Part shown: one piece after another, positions 11,534 through 25,500 of the stretch
Layout: each line of letters starts with the position of its first letter
Numbering within the stretch: position 1 is the stretch's first letter
Assembly: GCA_047495785.1 (NCBI GenBank)
Contig: JBLDXI010000017.1
Span: forward strand, 3,038,001 to 3,102,000
Origin: Lepidodermella squamata
Lineage: Eukaryota; Animalia; Gastrotricha
DNA length: 64,000 nucleotides
Direction: 5' to 3'
The notes under the pieces: model-generated
The model's input: the letters and a program-made list of their open reading frames with translations, nothing else
Told to the model about the DNA's origin: nothing
The model's database searches: none
Made by a program: the position numbers and the translations under genes

Positions 11534-13572
11534 GTAAGAAATATTTTCGTATATTAAGGTGGATCGCACTGAGTTTTTTGAACCTTGGCGTTTAGCCAAA
11601 GTATGTTACATGTACTGTTATGAATCAGCTGAGCTGAGCTATGTAGCCTGTGGCAATATAGACAATCCTTTCTTTGCAAAGCTCTCCGGTTCCTGAGCGG
11701 CGGAAGTTGTGGCTCTGATAGCCGGTAACGCGCGCGCGCGACCCTGGTTTATTGGTAATACAAACAAGGCGATTGTTGTTGCCTTATTGCTGTGTTGTTG
11801 AAAGTCCGGACGATGGCAATAACAATAATAACAATAATAATTATGATGATGATGACTGCACAGGCATTCATCGCCGTGCACTGAAACTATAACCAACGAA
11901 ACGACCGCATTTCAGTGCGTTTAGGATCGCATTAAACCTCGTGCGCAGCGGCACAGAAGACGCTGTATCTGCCGACAAAACACCGTACGTCAGTCGGTTG
12001 TCACTTCGTTCGTTCTGCTGCACTTTCTCGTCTGTATAAAAGGCGGGCTTTATTCTTCTAAATTCGCTGTTTGGCTCAGAGACCGCAGCAACAGAAGCGA
12101 CAGCTTGTGCGATAGCGGCTACTTACGCGATCGCTTGCGGAGCTATGTACAACGGCAGGTACAATATACCTACTCTTCAATGTAAACCTACGCCGCAACT
12201 ATACCCACACAAAACCTTATACGCTGCCCTCCGGGACTTGGCTGGATTGCCCACCGTATGTCGACACATCGTATTATACCGCATTTTACCCGTTAATGAA
12301 TGACTTTTATACCACAGTTAGTGAGCCAATTAAAACACGTTTTTGTCTTTAATTCTTTCTTTTACCTATTATATACAGCAGCACTGCGTTTAAAAAGATG
12401 TATCGGCCGGCTATTCTAGATGAATTTTGATGTTATGAACACCTGTGCGCGAAATTGGAGCCCGCCTTTTACCACAAATCAAGTCGAGCGCCTAATCGTC
12501 GTTTTTTTCGGCGCAAATAAACAATACGCTTCATTTCAACGCATTCCAACATGTGCTCGCACGCACGCACACACATGGCGCCTTCTTAATATTTCATCTT
12601 GAGAGTTGTTGCCCATTTGCGTGTTTTGTCTTTGCAACGAGCGTAACACCCTTTCTGCCGTAAACGGACACCTCTGGATTTCTGCGGTTGTTGTGGGGGG
12701 TTTGTCGTACTTTACAAGAGGGGCGCTGTAGTAGGTACACATTTCGGTGTGTGAACATCGGCGCAAACATCTACAATTATATTACGCATTCATGAACGTG
12801 TAGATAGATCCTTGGTCGTATTATCAAAATAATGTTTCCCTGCTGTAAATGTATCTACTACACTCTGTAGTATTCATTCATATATATATACCGGCCGTCC
12901 CCTGGTTATGGCATATTTCTGCGCGTGTCAACACGAAAGCGGCTCATCTCTCTCACATAGGTCGCACGGCTTTCACTACTCGCCGCCTTAAATTTTGCAT
13001 TGCTCCTGTTCAACTGCATCATTTGACTTTGTCCTAGTGGTATCTGCCGCTTTTTCGACAAGTTTTATCGGCTCGCCTCTATACATACGTCTTATCAACA
13101 ACGAATTCCTTAACTATGCGAAATACACCCAAGCGTTATTTTTGAGATTATTTCTCGCGTTATGGGTGTAGAGTTAGTTCTACAAGCGTAGGTGTAACCC
13201 CCACAAGCCATTTCAGTGTTGATAAAGAACAGAGATATTTGTAGCGTTGGAGCCGTTGCTTTTTCGGATTTTTTTCGAGCTGCACCGTCCACCCTAATTA
13301 GCAGCGCTTTTACGCTTAGGGGCTGCGGCGTTCTCGCTCGCCTTTTCTCCCAGTTTACGATGATGACTGGCGGAGCAATTTTGTTTAATGTGCCAGAAGA
13401 TCGCGCCCCAGTATTGATTTTAGCCGGTCGCATTCACTATCTTTTACTATACTGTTCATTCTTATTTTTAGGTTGTGATTTTATATGTACAATTTAAGTT
13501 TACAGCTCGTTTAGTCGTAGTGTTTTCTACGATTATTTTAACAATTCTACGTGGATATTTTATTTTCACTGA

Positions 13573-16500
13573 ATGTCGGCAACGTATGTCAACTACGGCC
13601 GGCAGTATGGCGGCGGTGGAGGTAGCGGAGGCGGTGGCGGGTACGACGGGCCAACTTACCAGCCACCCGTCGCCCGAGGCGTGCCGTCATCGCTCAACTC
13701 ATCTCTGAACACTCTGGACACGAAAGTGACCGACGAGGATATTTCTCGGCAATTCGAGGATGAGCGAATTAACAAATTGAAAGACCAACGAGCTGAGGTT
13801 CAGAAAAAGGTGTTCACCCGCTGGGTTAACAGCCACCTTAAGCAGAAGAACCGTAACTGCCAGGTCGTTAATTTATTCGAGGACATCAAAGACGGGCGGT
13901 GTTTGATGGAGCTCATGTCGTGTCTCACCAACGAAGTCATGCAACCTAACCCCGGCGTTTTGCGAGTTCAGCGCGTTGAAAATGTGAATCGTTGCCTCGA
14001 AAAGGTGGAAGATCAACTCGGCGCTAAACTAGTCAATATCGGCGCAGTTGATATCGTCGACGGCAATCGCATTGCTATTCTCGGCTTGATGTGGACCATC
14101 ATTTTGCGATTCAACGTTCAAGCGGCCATTGAAGCTCCTGGTGAAGTCGCGGATTTGCATGAAACAATCGCGGCTCGCGACTACCGCGGCGTCGGGTCTG
14201 GAAATGCCGGGTTTCTCGATAATTCCCTCGGCTCGCTGGGCGAATCGTTCCCTATCGAAAAGGGCGACCCGTTCGGTAGCAACGCGAACTGGCAACGCGG
14301 CCCTAATGGCGAGTATTTCATGCGAGGGCCGAACGGCGAGTACGTTACCAAAACGCCGAATGGGGATATTATTATCCGAGGGCCGAACGGAGACGTCATT
14401 GCGAAAATTCCTGCCGGCGAAAGTGTCATTGGCCGTGGCCCGAATGGGGAATATATTACGAAAACCGCGAACGGGGACACGATTATCCGAGGACCAAACG
14501 GTGAGGTTCTATCCCGGATTCCTGCCGGTGAAAGCCTGGTCGGCCGCGGTGTTAACGGCGAATTTATCACTAAAGCCGTGAATGGGGAAACGATAGTTCG
14601 AGGACCTAATGGTGAGGTTATTTCTCGAATTCCTGCCAACGAAAGCTTGGTTGGCCGTGGCCCCACCGGCGAATATGTCTCTCGCGGCCCTAACGGCGAG
14701 TACATTACTCGGGGACCAAATGGCGAATATCTTGGCCGGGCTCAAATCGGCGAGATAACAAGCCTTAGTTCTCTTAACGAGTCCTTGGGACGTAGCCCGT
14801 TCGGCCCAGGGGCAGGGCGAGGACAAAATGGTGAATACAGCGGCCGAGGTCCGATGGGTGGAGATCCTTACGGCCGCGGCCCCACTGGTGAAGCTGGAGG
14901 CCGAGGACCTGCGTGGGGTTCTGGCAACAAGCTTGGTAAATTTTTTGAGATTTTCATAATTATTAAAATAAGTTGCCGTGTTTTTTAAGGTGGCGGTCGT
15001 GGTCGTGATGGTGCCGTTCCGCTGAACGCGGAGAAGCAAAAAGAACTCCAGCGTATCGAAGAAGCGTTGCTGTTATGGGCGAAGAGCAAATGCGCCAAAT
15101 ACGGCATTGACGTGCAGAATTTTTCGACGAGCTGGCGCGACGGCCAAGCGTTTTGCGCTCTCATCCACTCGCAGTGCGGCGACGAGGCTATCGATATGTC
15201 GCAAGTCCGTCCTGGTGCTAACAGGGAAAACCTCGACTACGCATTCTCAGCCGCGCAACAGCTCGGTGCGTTCTTTTTTGCTTGTCGCTATTTTTTTCAT
15301 TTAGAGATTTATTATTAAGGCGTGGATCGTCTGCTCGAGCCTGAGGATGTCGACGTGCGCATGCCGGATAGTCGTCTTATTTTGACTTATGTCACGCACT
15401 TATACCACAACCTGGCGAAAAAGCAAGGCGAACAAATCGGCGGTCGGCGTATCGCCAAAATCGTATCCACCTTATTGAAAATCGACAACATGAAGGCGCA
15501 ATACATGGACGAGGTCCAGAAATTGCGATCTTGGCTACGTGATACCGAGCAGTGGCTTAACAGCCGCGATTTTCCGACCGAAACCTCGGAACTGCAACGC
15601 TGCCTAACCGTTTTCAAGGAGAAATACCTCGCAATCGAAAAGCCGCAAAAAATGAACGAAAGAGATCGGACCGAAGCTGAATTGGTTGTGATTCATACGA
15701 CTCTAGCGGCGATGAATATGCCTCGTTGGATGCCACCGTCTGGTGCTACTCTGGGTGACATCGGCGCCGATTGGGACCGATTACTCGAAGCTGAGCACAA
15801 TCGTCAAACGGCGTTACATGCCGCTCTTCAACAATCAGAGCGTCTCGATTTGATGGCTGCTCAGTTCCAGAAGCGAGCTGAAATGCGTGATGAATGGCTA
15901 AACGATATGTCTGGTAGACTTGCCGCCGAGCGAACACCACTCGATGAAAGATCGGCCGAATCGTTACTGAAACGTTACGAAGCTCTGGCTACAGAAATAT
16001 TCGGAATGTAAGTAAAGCAAATGCTGCAAAAAATCCTCCTTAATTTTATTTAAATTCACGATTTTGTCCATTTTCACATTTGATTTTAATTTTGATTTCA
16101 GCCCTGATTTCATTACGTAAGCCTTTAGTTTCCCTGCGTTCTTTAATGCTTTTGAAGTGTTGTAACTCAATTCACGTACAATTTTCTTTTTGCACACATC
16201 ACCAACTTTGTTATCAGCAAAAACTAATTTCACAGCTATTTGCATATTATTTCGGACTAGATAATAAGATCTGTAATTTTTTCCAGGGAAGATCGTTTTA
16301 AGGTGCTATCGCAGATTGGCGAAAAGTTGGCTGAGGCTGATTATCATGATGCCGAGGCGATAAACGACCGCCTTAATGATTTGCTGGAACGGCGAGATAT
16401 TCTTAAGGCGGACGTTCAACGCCGGCTCGAAGCTGCTAATTTATACTGCATGGTGCTAAGGATGCTTCAACAGCTGCGAACAGTCTCCGGCGAGCTGTCT

Positions 16501-19500
16501 GACGTGCAGCAAGCGTGTCAATCGACCAATTACGGCCAACATTTGCTTGAAGTGGCCGAATTGTTGGAACGCCACAACAACGTTAACACTGATCTTAAAT
16601 CGGTTGGTCATGTGTTAGCCGAAATTGGACAGCATTTGCGGAAGCTGCGTGACGAACACTCGTCAGCTGACGTAGCCCCCACGCTTGATTCCGCGTTACG
16701 CGAGCTGGAGGACGTTGAGAAGACGTACGAATTATGCAAGGGCCTAGTCGAATCTCGCCAGCAAGGATTGTTACTAAGTCAGCAGTACCATCACCTGGTC
16801 GACGACTGCCGAGAGGAGACAGCCTGGTTACGCGAGAAACAAATGCAATTCGAGTCGATGGAAATTGGGCGTGATTTGACTCAAGCGCAGGCTCAGGCGC
16901 GAAAATTCGAATTGATTCAAGGCGAATTGAGCGCGAGATGGACACGCACCGAAAAACTGCTGAACTCAGGCGGGCGGTTAGCTGATGCGCCCTCGGTTTT
17001 CGTGCTGTCTTCGACCGGTGCTCGACCTCCCCCGCAACCACAACCGACCGCCGATATCAAGTTGTTATGCGACCGGTTGCTCGCTGAATGGGAGCGCGTT
17101 CGGCAGCGGGCCGCTGATCGGCGAAAACTGCTCGATACTTCCGTCAAATTGCATAAGGTAATGCATGAAATACGCGCTCTGAAAATCGATTTATTTGCGA
17201 TATTTTATTTATCATTGCCTTAATTCGCGAAATATGCGCGCATGAATTAAATCTAATTTTTGATGATATAGCTGGTTGCTGATATGGAGGAGGCCGGCTC
17301 GTGGCTGGCAGAGAAGGAACAAGTGCTGTCCAATGTCGATGCTGGCGACGAGTCCCTCTCGGCCGCCGCTGTTCTGCGCCGTTGTCTGCAGACAAAAGAC
17401 GAGATTACTAGCTACGAGGATACTCTGAAAAAGCTCAATGCCAGTGTGACGGTTGCGCTCAGCACCGCGGCCGCTGACAACACCACCGATGCCATCCCCG
17501 TCGTCGAAAAACTCGTCGCCCTCTACTCGTATTCCGGCCGCAACTTCGAGATGCGAAAGGGCGACTTCCTCGAACTCGTTCAACGGACCAACAAAGACTG
17601 GTGGCTAACGAGAAGGCAAGTTTCACTATAAATTTGATCAAAATTGAGGCAATTTTTATTCCTTTTTTTGTGGATTTTTAGGCTCTCTGACGGCCGTCAA
17701 GGTTACGTACCTGCTAACTACATTCGACTGCACCCACCTGAAACGATGGACAGCCGTTTGACGCAATTGAACGACCGTTACATGCGCTTGCGAGCACTTG
17801 CCGATCAACGCGAGCGGTATTTGAACGAAGCAACTCGCTTTTACCAGTTCCGCGACTCGTGCGAGCAAATGTTGAACTGGATCAGCGTCAAACGTCAAAA
17901 TATCGCAGATTTCGCTGCGACAAAACTGCCCACACCGGCTCCTGCGGAGGTTGGCCGGTCGCCTTCGATGCCTTCTAGATCTCCGCTACCTCAATCCGTT
18001 AGCAAATCGGTTGCGAAAGAAATGGTCGATTTTCAGAAGACCCTTTCCGCCAGTTTTACCGCTCAATCGGGCAAGATGACCGAAATCCAATCTACTGCTG
18101 AGGTGATGCTAGGGGAACGGCACCCGCAGGCCGAGGACATCGCAGGCCTTCGCAGCCGAGTTGACGCTGAATGGGCCGATCTTCAGCAGATGAAGCTCGA
18201 ATTCGAGCAGCGTGCTCAAGGAATGTCCAACCTCGAACTGTTCGAGCAGACCGTGAACGAGGCGCTCGAACTCATCAACCGCCGGTTGTCTCACTGGGTC
18301 GACCAGATGGACCGGTGCGAAGACCCGATTCGACAGGATTTCTTCTTTCAAAACGAAATCAACATTATCCAAGAACGTCTCGATAAGGCGGATCGATTGG
18401 CAAAAGCTGTGGCGGAAAGTTACCCAGAAGAAGCCGGTGCGGTGAAAAGACGGCTCCGGCAACTCCACGACGCTTGGGCCCAACTCGAGGCGAAGAAAAA
18501 GTTGTGGCAAGAAAGGATCGATCTACTACATTCTGAACGGCAATTCGCGGACGAATCACTCGCCGTGTTAAGGTGGCTAGAACGCACTGTCAATCGAATC
18601 CAGGGCGACCTGGCGCTGAACAGTGTCGCGCTGCCTACCGATGAACGCGCTAACCAAGTCGCTGAACTCGAGACTGAAATGCGGCAGTGGATTACCCGGT
18701 TGGATAATGTTGTTTCCCTCGGTCTTCGAGCCCAATCTGCGGGTGACCAAAATGCTGGAGAGATCGTGCAGCAAATCACGGCTCGGCGGTACGAATTAGC
18801 CGAATTAGCCGGGCAGTTCGAAATGAATGTAGAACAACAACAAGCTCGTGAACGCTTCTTACGCGAGGCTAATAACGTCGAATCGAAGCTGAAAGAGTGC
18901 GAAACCATGCTGTCAGTCGTTGATCTAGGCGAATCTGTCGATGCGGCTGAGAAGTTGTACAAGCGCCTTAAGGACAACGTTGAGCGGAAGATCGAGATGC
19001 TAGCCGAAAGGGTCTCTCAATTACAGCAATTTTCGACAGATCTAACCGCAGCTGGTCACCCGGACGAGGCGCAATTCGCCGCGGCAACAGCCAATACCGT
19101 TGCGTTGTACAAACGAGTTGGCGATGCTTGCAATGAACGCCTGAAATTGCTGGCCGAGTCTGTCAAAATGCATCAGTGGCTTGCTGATTGCGCTGATTTC
19201 GTCGAGTGGTGCGAGGAGAAAATCCGACTCATCCCCACAGATCAGACCGATTTGACAAATGACCCTGATGGAATCGATAAACGCAATGCGAAACACGTCG
19301 CCATTGAATCAGAAGTCAACCGAAACACTAGGAAAAAGGACGATCTAGTACTTCAAGGAGGTCACATGCAAGAATTTGCCGAATGTGACATGCCAAGTAG
19401 CAAGCAGGAGGCTGTCGATGACGCACTAATGCGCCTTAATGGCGTTTGGGACGAACTTCAAAACGTGGTCATGCGTCGCCGTGAAATGCTGGACTCCTTC

Positions 19501-22500
19501 GTGAATGAGCGGAAACTCCAGCGGACGCTGATAGCCACGGAAGAACGGCTTCGAATCGCCGAGGGTCGTTTTGCCAGCGGTCAAGATGTCGGCCCAACTG
19601 CAAATGCCGAAAATCTTCGCTCAGCTAACCGCGCTGTTCAACGCTACAGTGCTTTTGCTAGTGAAATTTCCGAAGATATCGCCTATTTGAAATCGACCAG
19701 CCAGCTGCAACACAGCAGTCGAATGTCTCAGGCTGGTTTAGCCCCGTCTGAGTTGTCTTCATCTACCTCGGCTCATATCGGTGAATTGATGCACCGGTAT
19801 GAAATGCTGAAAAATCCAAGTGCTGCTATGAAGCGGAAGCTGGACATTCAAAAAGCTTACTACGAACTGCTTATTGAGTTGAAAATCGAATTGCAGTGGA
19901 TTGCTGAGAGAATGTCAATGGTCGAATCAACCCGCCTTGGCTCAAGTCTGTGGGAGGCCCAGTCGCAGATGCAAAAGTTCCGCCAGGTCGATCTCGACTT
20001 GAAAGGCCACGAGCAGCCACTCGGCCGTTTGCTAACCAAGTCTGACGAAGTCGTGAATGAAACTGATAAGGACACAGCTCCGATCTATGAACTGGTCGAC
20101 AGTGTCAAAACGGCGTGGCAAAGGCTTAAGGAGGTTGCAGATAAGCGCCGTAAGATGTTGGAAGACGTGCTTGCGGTTCAACAATGCGTTGCTGAAGTCG
20201 ACGACCTCGAGCAATGGCTACGTGACGCTGAGAGGGCTGTGTATGGCGTCGAAGACCAGACTGATATCATCACTGTCAATTCAGCGGCTATCGACCGGCA
20301 ACTCCGGCGGCAGCAGCGTTTGGCGAAAGAGCTCGAAACTCGCAGCCACCAACTGACGAAATTGATGCAAACCGTGCGGCCGCTTACCGGGTTAGTCCCT
20401 ATGGCGGAGGAGCTGCCTAAGCGGCTTCAAAGTATCAGCGATTCGCTATTGAGGCTGCACGATCGTGTTGACAAGGCCGGCGCGAAGCTCGAGGCTAGCC
20501 AGTTGTACTATGCCTGGGCTGGCGAGACCGCTGAGTTCAGCGAATGGATCGAACACAACATGCATTTCGCTACATCTCAAGACTACGGCCATGATTCAGA
20601 GACTCTGAAGGCTCTTGAGGATAAATTCGACGAGTTTTTCCGCATGGTCGATGCGAGGTCGGAAAATTTCGAGGAGATCTCACGGCTGTCTGAAACTCTC
20701 ATCAGCCGCCTTAAAGCTGTAGGCAACCAGCACCTGATCGAGCAAGTGAACGCTAGACGGGCGCAGTTGAACGAAACTTGGCAATCTTTACTCGGCCATT
20801 GCGCTCGCCGCCGCAGCAATTTCGCCGCGGCCCGAGTTCTGCATCAATTCCATCAAGATCTCGACGACGTTCAGGCGCTTATTGCCGAAAAGCGCGCTCA
20901 GATTAGTACGGAAATGGGCCGTGATTTGCAATCGGTCGGCCGTTTGCTTCGTCAACACGATTTTCTGTTCGACGAGGTCCGGTCAGTCGAAGTCAAGGTG
21001 GCTTCTTTGCTGAAGGATGGCGACGATTTGCAGAAGCAGTTCCCAGGGCCTAATGCGGAAAATATCCGCGATCGGTGTGCTGAAACCGAGGAGAAGATTC
21101 GCCAATTGACTCTTGCTATTGAGCAGCGGGGTAATGAGCTGGATAACAGCGAGCATTTCTTCTCCTTCATGGCTCAGTCAAAACGGGCGCATCAATCGGT
21201 AGACGAACTTGTGCGCGAGCTCGATGCTCTTACGATGTTCGAATTAGACCTGGTTGATCAGCTCATCAAAGAAATCGCTGTCAAGGGGCAGGTTCACGTC
21301 ACAGACCTGGCCGCATGTATCGAAAAGGGCCATCAGCTGGTCGAGAACCGAATTCCTTACTACCAGGCTGAAATCGAGCGGCGAGTCGCTGAGCTCGAGG
21401 CTATGTTAAGGAGGTATGAGAAAACCCTGCAAGAAAAACGCTTCGAGACTGAAAAGGCGTTGACAAAGCGGCACTACGAACGCCAATTGTCTGACATCGC
21501 CGAAAAAGCCATCGATTTGACGAACAAGCTCAACCGAATGAGCTGTTCGGAATTCGCTAGAACGACCGCTTCAACATCGTCCCTCATGGCGGCGGCTGCT
21601 ATTGCGGGCGGTGATCCGCTCCGGGCAGCTGAGCTTCGCCTCATCGAAGCCGATGCGACCTGCAAAGTTTTCGACCAGCAAATGGATGAAATCGTGGCGC
21701 AGGTGAAGCCTCTTCGCGAGCTCGATCGCGCCATTGGAATCACCGGTCAGTACGTGGCGCAGGCTCGAAAGGCGCTCGACGCGAAGAAAGACGAGTTGCG
21801 GCAAGCTACTTGTTACCAAGAACTGATCATGGAGGCGACTGATCTAGAAAATTGGCTCGAAAACAAGGCAGCGCTGTTGCGACGAGCCACGCAAGAACTC
21901 GAACGCTCTGGGCGCCCTGCCGAAACGCCAGTGTCTGATGAAATCGAAGACCGCATTGCTCAACTTCGTCGATTCCAGTCTGTAGAAAGCGAGCTTCGTC
22001 ACTACGAACCGCAATACAAACGCATTTTACAGGTAAATTGAGAATTATTCCATATTTTTTTAATAAAAAACGTTGAATTTTTAAGCTGGCTGCTGAAGTT
22101 ATGAATGGAATCGATCAAGCTTTGGCTCAAGCTGCTCATGACCATAGTGTTGCGGTTCAAAACGGCTGGCAAGCCCTGCTGGATATGTTATCGCACCAAA
22201 CCGAGTCGCTGAACAACTATCGTCTTCTGCTTCAATTCATCGAGTTGTGCCAGACTATCGAGGCCTGGATTGCGGACCGCGAGATGCTGGTTCTGGCCGG
22301 CGAGCTAGGCCGTGACTACGAGCATTGCCACGAACTGTTCACGCGCGTTCAAACCGAGGCGGATATAGCCGGCGATGTCGTTACTAATCAAAGCGAAGTT
22401 GGTACTAAAATTTTGGAAATCAACGAACTTTCGAAACAACTGGCTTTGAAGGAAGACATAGCCGACTATGTCTACGATCGCGTCGATAAAATCAACCGGC

Positions 22501-25500
22501 GTTGGACCACCCTCGACCAACTGCGGGCTGCCTACCTTATCCGCCTGCGTGATGCCCTTCAAGCTCACAAATTCGTCCTGGATTGCGATCAACTCATCGG
22601 CCAGTTGCAGAGTATTGAAAGCTCCTGCACCACCGACATTTCCGGCTTGAACCAGTCGGAACTTGAGCTGGTCGGCCGGAAGCAGAATGTCGTCGAACGT
22701 GAGTTGGGTATCGTTCAGAACCAGTTGGAACGGCTCGAGGGTCTGGCTGAAAAGCTGGCCAACGAATGCGCCCCCCTCGCCAACACAATTTTGGCGAGAA
22801 ATCAGGAGGTATCCGATTTGTTAGAACGAGTTTCGAACGTTTGCAACAATCGACATCTCGAGCTCGATAGCATGCTGAAGTTGTACTCTTTGTTCTCGGA
22901 TATCAACAAGTTGACGGCTTTTGCTGTGAGAAACATCAAGGAAATGCAGGAGGTACTGACCCCGCAGTCATCGATGGAGGCTCAGTCGATAGTTGAACAA
23001 CATACCCAGCGAGAAACGGATATTTTAACTCGGCGTCGAGAGGTTGAGAACGTTCTAGCAGCTGCTGACCAACTCGCTCGTGAACGCCCTGCGACTGAAG
23101 ACGTAGCGAGAAGATTCTCCGAACTGATCCCGGCCAGCGACCGTTTGCGAAAAGTTTGGGACGAGTTGACTGAAGAGTGGATTCTGCGTAAAGAGCTCTT
23201 CGACCAACATTGCGACTATCAAGTTTTCCTGCAACTCGAATTTTTCGCCGATCAGTGGATCCACTCGAAATTGCCGCTGCCTACTGACCTGGGCAGTTCA
23301 ATGAGCGTCGCCGATGTTTTGCTCCAAGACCATCAAAAGCTCATGAAGACCATTGAGGCTCAGTCGACTAAAATCAAGGATTTAGTCAGTCATTTCGAGA
23401 CGAAAATCACGCAGGACCACTTTGCGTACAACGAATTGCAAAGTCGCGTGGGGCGAATTTCGAATAAATTCGATGATTTGATGTCGTCTTGTCAGAATCG
23501 GTTGAAATTGCTGGAAGATTCGCGCCGCTACCATCGCTGGATGACGTTGAGTGGCGACATGCTTGACTGGATCAGCGACCGTCTCGACCGGTTGGATGAT
23601 TCACCAGCTTCGGGCCGGTCAGCCCTGGCGTTAACTGATCTAGGTGGCGTTGCAGCTCGACTCCGCCATCAAATCGGCATCGAGTCAGAAATTGTCGCAA
23701 ATCGCGAATTGCACGAAACTCTGCTCCGCCGTGGTCTAGTTTTGACCGGTGGTGAAATCGGGCAAAGCGTCTCAGCCCGGATGCTGACCTCGAATTCGAT
23801 GGTTGTCGAAGTTGAGAAGCGATGCCACGAACTCAAGCACTCTTGGGACGCGCTGGAAGAAGCCCTTCAACGCCGTCGTGAGATGCTGGAGGACGCGAAA
23901 GAAATCAGCGCTCTACAGGGTGAATGCGACCGGTTATTAAGGTGGGTCGCTGAGGTCGAAAGCAACCTATCGCAGGAGGACTACCGAATGCTAGACGACA
24001 CAGATGCTGTCGATATGCGTCTGAGAAGCCACGAAGCCCTTCAGGGTGATCTACAATTCCGCCGGAATCTACTTGTTGACATGAGCGAACGAGCTGAACG
24101 ACTCTGCCAAAGAGGCCATGGTCTGGGTAGGGATGTCGCTGTTGCAGTTAGCGACGTCTCATTGCGGGTCCATGCCCTCGACGAGCCGATGGCGATTCAT
24201 CGCAGCAACCTACTCGACGCCCTTGAGTTGTGTAATCTTCGCCGGGATATCGCCCGAGAGCTGGTGTGGGTCGGCGATCGCGCTGAACTCGCTGCTTCTG
24301 GTAATTTCGGCGAAAGCTTAGCTCACGTTGTTACGTTGAAGAAGCGCCACGAGCGATTGGTGCAGGAAATCGAGGCGCATGGCCGCTTCATCGATGATAT
24401 CGGGAAACGCGCCGAGGTCTTGTTGGCCCGTCAACGCGAAGCTGCGGATGATGTCAGGCAGCGATTCCAGACCCTGATCGAAGCTCTCGAGCGACTCCGC
24501 CAGGCCGCTGAAGACCGGCTGAAGCGCCTTGAGGAGGCTATGCAATCGCATCGTTACTACGCCGAGCAGGACGATTCAATGGGCTGGATCAGTGCGAAAC
24601 GCCGGACTTTGGCCGACACCGTTGCGCGACTGGCCGAGGACAGTGTTCACGATATCGCTGGCCAGCTCGATCTCATCAATCAAGAGACAAGAGAGTACGC
24701 ATCGACGATTAAAGACGTTGAAGAACTGGCAACCGCGCTGATAAATCGCCGCCATTTCGACTCGGCTAACATCGACGCTCAACGTGCGACATTACTTCAG
24801 GCTTACAACGAGCTGTGTATCAATGTCGATCATCACGTTGAAGAGGTCCGTAATTGGAGACGGTTGTTTTCTGTTCGAAGGCAACTTCGGGACGCGTGTC
24901 GCCAGGCCTCTGACTGGCTCCGTGCTGTTCAGTCCGACGAATGTGGCCGTGACCTAGAGAATTGCGAGTCAATCATGGCTGATCTTGCGCAACTAGTCCA
25001 GCAAATTCAGATTGGCGAGTCGCGAATGGATGATTTGTGTCGCCAGGCCGGGGAGTTCGAAGCCCTGGGCGATCCTGATCTTCTCCAACAGCTCGGCTAT
25101 CTCGGCCAACTCCGCGCCTCCGTCCGCGAGTGGGTCGGGCAGCGTGAGTTGATGCTTGACAACGCCAGGTCAATCCACGCGTTCCTGCGAGAGGCCGATG
25201 ACACCATCGCCTGGATTGCCGATAAGGAACCCGGCGTTTTCAGCCAAGACCTTGGTCACGACTTCGAAACAACGCAACGCCTTCTTCAGAAACACATCTC
25301 GGTCGAGCGTGACTTGCAGGCACTGAGCAGTCGAATGGAATCGCTTCACAAGAAAGCCGAAAGTCTATCACTCGCCTTCCCTGAAGCTCAAAGTCGCATT
25401 GCGGACAAGTACACCCGGGCCGCTAATCAGTGGAGTTCCATTGTGCAGCAATGGCAGAAGCGGAAGGAGAGCTTGGAACGTGCGCTGAACTTGCAAAGTT

